Positions 61,438-64,000 of a stretch of DNA of 64,000 nt are shown piece by piece. The stretch comes from Rhizodiscina lignyota (Eukaryota), in assembly GCA_010015805.1 (NCBI GenBank), contig ML978132.1:558001-622000 (forward strand), in the 5' to 3' direction. A model generated the notes under the pieces. It had not been told where the DNA came from. It ran no database searches and saw only the letters and a program-made list of their open reading frames with translations. Position 1 is the stretch's first letter. The number at the start of each line of letters is the position of its first letter. The translations under genes and the position numbers were made by a program.

Positions 61438-62160
61438 CTAGTCACAGATCTCCAAAGCAGCAAAGTCAAGCTCCTCCACTTCCACCTTCGGATCGATGTT
61501 CTTCTTGAGGAATTCGGCGTTGAAAAGGTCAGGAGCGTCTTGAGCGAGGGGCTGCCAAATCTCCTTGCGGCACTTCACCTGCAAACCACGACTCTTTGCC
61601 CCACGAAGCAGCTTGAGTATCTCGCGTTTACTGACAGGACCGTTGATTAAAGACAGCGCGCCGGAGCCGGTCGAATACGTAAGCCATAATGTTGAGAGGG
61701 GTTTTGGAAGTTTGAAGAGAAGCCACAGAGGGACCGAGCAGGCAAACGAAAGCTCCACCTCAACGTTTTGGATTTCTTGAAAGGGCAAGTGGAGATGTGC
61801 CCAATCCAGTTCGAGGATGCAGTGGAAATGAAAGATGCGTTCCTTGAGCACAAGCTTGTGGAACACCGGCGTCGCCTCGACATGGATTTGTTTGCAGACC
61901 CGCAAGACCTCTAAGGGAATGCGAGCGGGAGTCGATATGGTGTAACAATTCTTATCTTCCTCAAGTCCTCCCGACACCAATTCAGAGTCCCAATTGCAAC
62001 CCTTCTTCAGCTCGATGAGTGTGTCGTCATAGAACACGTGGTGATAGATAGCCAGGCGAAGCTCTGCTGGAAGCCGCAGCAACGGAGAAGGAATGGCTTG
62101 GGAAGCTTCCGAATTGGTCGACGCTGTCTGGCTCGTCTCCGCTGCTGGATTTTGAGGCAT
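61438..62160 (-). CDS. F-box-like orphan protein
   Basis: SPLLRLPAELRLAIYHHVF and LEVLRVCKQIHVEATPVF. Confidence 0.75.
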   Translation of the reverse strand: MPQNPAAETSQTASTNSEASQAIPSPLLRLPAELRLAIYHHVFYDDTLIELKKGCNWDSELVSGGLEEDKNCYTISTPARIPLEVLRVCKQIHVEATPVFHKLVLKERIFHFHCILELDWAHLHLPFQEIQNVEVELSFACSVPLWLLFKLPKPLSTLWLTYSTGSGALSLINGPVSKREILKLLRGAKSRGLQVKCRKEIWQPLAQDAPDLFNAEFLKKNIDPKVEVEELDFAALEICD

Positions 62161-63485
62161 TGTGGAAGGTTTGAAAGTTGTAAGACGAAAGAAAGTGGAT
62201 GAAGTTGAGGTGAGCAAGTAGTCCTCAAGCATATGTATTTATAGTGTAACGTGTTAAGTTTAAGTTCCGAATCATGAATGCCAGCGGTAGGCAGCATCAA
62301 GGCTTAACTTGAGTGTTGTGATGTCATTTGAAGAATTGGAGAACGCACCGGGTTACGCTCTGGAAGTAGAAGGGGAGGTATAGCTGCAGTCGCGGGTCTA
62401 GTGCTTCGTTCTGTAGTTTGATAGAATCTTTCCTTCGAATGGGAGATTTCTTTTGTCTGTGTGATCGAGCAGACGTGGCTGCAATGTCACTGACGAAGCA
62501 TCTTCTGGCGATTGCGCACTTGAGTCTGAAGGCTACTTTCCTTCGAGCTCGACGTTCTTCTGTCACTTAGACGACTGAGGTCCGAATACCTTATTGACTA
62601 CCGTACTTGTCTCTCCCGTCGTGAAGGCAGCTAGGCCTGACTTGTTCGTTGTAGTCATGATATCTTCTGCCGTTGGCACGATGCCAGCTGAGTGCGTATT
62701 CAATTGGAGTCGGAGTATCTACCAATAGTCGTATAAGTAAAATGCAGAGGCTGTGAAACTTGGAGCTGGATCAGCTTCGAACGGTAGTGAATAGTGACTG
62801 AATGGCCGTAGATCCGAGCTAGACATCTTCTGTCGGTCCCGACTCCGCTATTCGAATACCTCGACAGCTAAGTCGGATTGAACTCCAAGGCCATGCTAAT
62901 AAAGCCTAAGCACTGAATTGATTAGAGCCAGAAGTTCCCCCTTCGTTGCGAGGTGCTGATATGAAGCGAACGCTGGCGAGAGTTGGAGCGCGGTCGTTCG
63001 TAGTCAGACAACCCTCCGACCCAATATTGGTTAAATGTCGACTTCAACCCCATTTTCGAGAGTAATAGGTGATTACTGCCGGTTATGCAGTGAACCGGAT
63101 CCACGCAGGTGAGCGAGCACATTGTCTTTCATAGGTAACAGCTGCAACGTGTGAATAAGTTCCGGGTTCGTAGAGAGACGTACGCGTACGTAAGCACACC
63201 AAGTTGACAAGATCAAATATACAATCAGAAGTGTCAAACATCTTGCAGATTCTATGTTGAAGGGCTGATAACAAGAAATGTATCTAAGCGAATGTGTTTA
63301 TCGATGTAGGCTTGGCTGTGGAAAAACACTGCTCTCCAGATTTCAGATCATTCATCAAGCAGGGCGTTCATTTAATTTCGGATATCCACGGGGCTGTGCA
63401 GGCAACATTCTGACTTTTCTATATCTATTCTCTCAGTCTCCAGTAAGGCACGGGCGCAGACATTCTAAGTTTTCACTACAACACC

Positions 63486-64000
63486 TCAAATCCATATGTA
63501 TACCGCCGACACTGGGGAGCTGGGGCTCCACGTCGAGACGAATCCCCAGTCCCCCTCCTCCTCCTCGCCCACTGCCCAAAGCGCCACATGCTCCCCTTTC
63601 ATCCTTCCTTCCACGATCCTGCGCAGCTTCCCGAAGCAGTGCTCGACCCACTGCCCCGATCCAGGCCACTTCGCCGCATCCACGCAATGGTAGATGCTCC
63701 AATCTCCACTTGGCTCTACCCACTTCAGCCCTCTCGGCCTGAGGACCAAAAGAAGGTCCGAAACCTGGCACCGGATCTCTTGCCTGTCCGCCTCTTTCAT
63801 ATAAACGTCAAAGGACAAGTACAGCGTCTTCAACGCAGCGGGGAGCATCCTGGGAGATGGCGACGGGTTGTGCTCAAGCGACGTCACAGACACCATGTAC
63901 TCGACCCGTTGGATTCGATCGTAGTACGACCAGCGTCTCGCCTGGTCATTGTAGGTTTTGTTCCAGAAGTAGAAGATACACTCCTCGACCATCAACTGCA
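63486..64000 (-). CDS. 3' part of an unknown protein entering from the right edge
   Basis: Protein-like open frame of ~170 aa (LPAALKTLYLSF..., LRPRGLKWV) reaching the window edge; no family recognised. Confidence 0.45.
   Translation of the reverse strand, partial: QLMVEECIFYFWNKTYNDQARRWSYYDRIQRVEYMVSVTSLEHNPSPSPRMLPAALKTLYLSFDVYMKEADRQEIRCQVSDLLLVLRPRGLKWVEPSGDWSIYHCVDAAKWPGSGQWVEHCFGKLRRIVEGRMKGEHVALWAVGEEEEGDWGFVSTWSPSSPVSAVYIWI

Overview
Intron-rich, gene-dense window from a filamentous ascomycete (Pezizomycotina-type; short GT-AG introns). Housekeeping genes (HOM3, ADE13, GET5-like, SER3, MYO2, RPA49, PET127, LYS9, derlin) alternate with accessory material: a multiply broken HET pseudogene, three F-box-like orphans, a beta-helix/bulb-lectin protein, an intronless bacterial-type RutA, an AsaB/CmcJ-like oxygenase and a DUF1254/1214 protein. 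The most striking signals are non-coding. (1) A complete tRNA-Asp(GTC) at 35589-35713 is interrupted in its D-arm by a 53-nt GTAAGC...CTCAC...CAG insert that looks like a spliceosomal intron, and its 5' part is duplicated in inverted orientation about 170 bp downstream. (2) Two related atypical tRNA genes (CAT with C33/G37, and GAT) sit 5 nt apart at 42025-42173 behind a cluster of TGASTCA sites. (3) An unidentified hairpin-rich element with tandem Sm-like sites lies at about 5270-5755. (4) The derlin intron holds an H/ACA snoRNA with a recognisable 25S rRNA guide. (5) A ~110-bp tandem repeat family occurs at two loci 20 kb apart. All calls are by eye; no searches were run, and exon boundaries are approximate unless stated.
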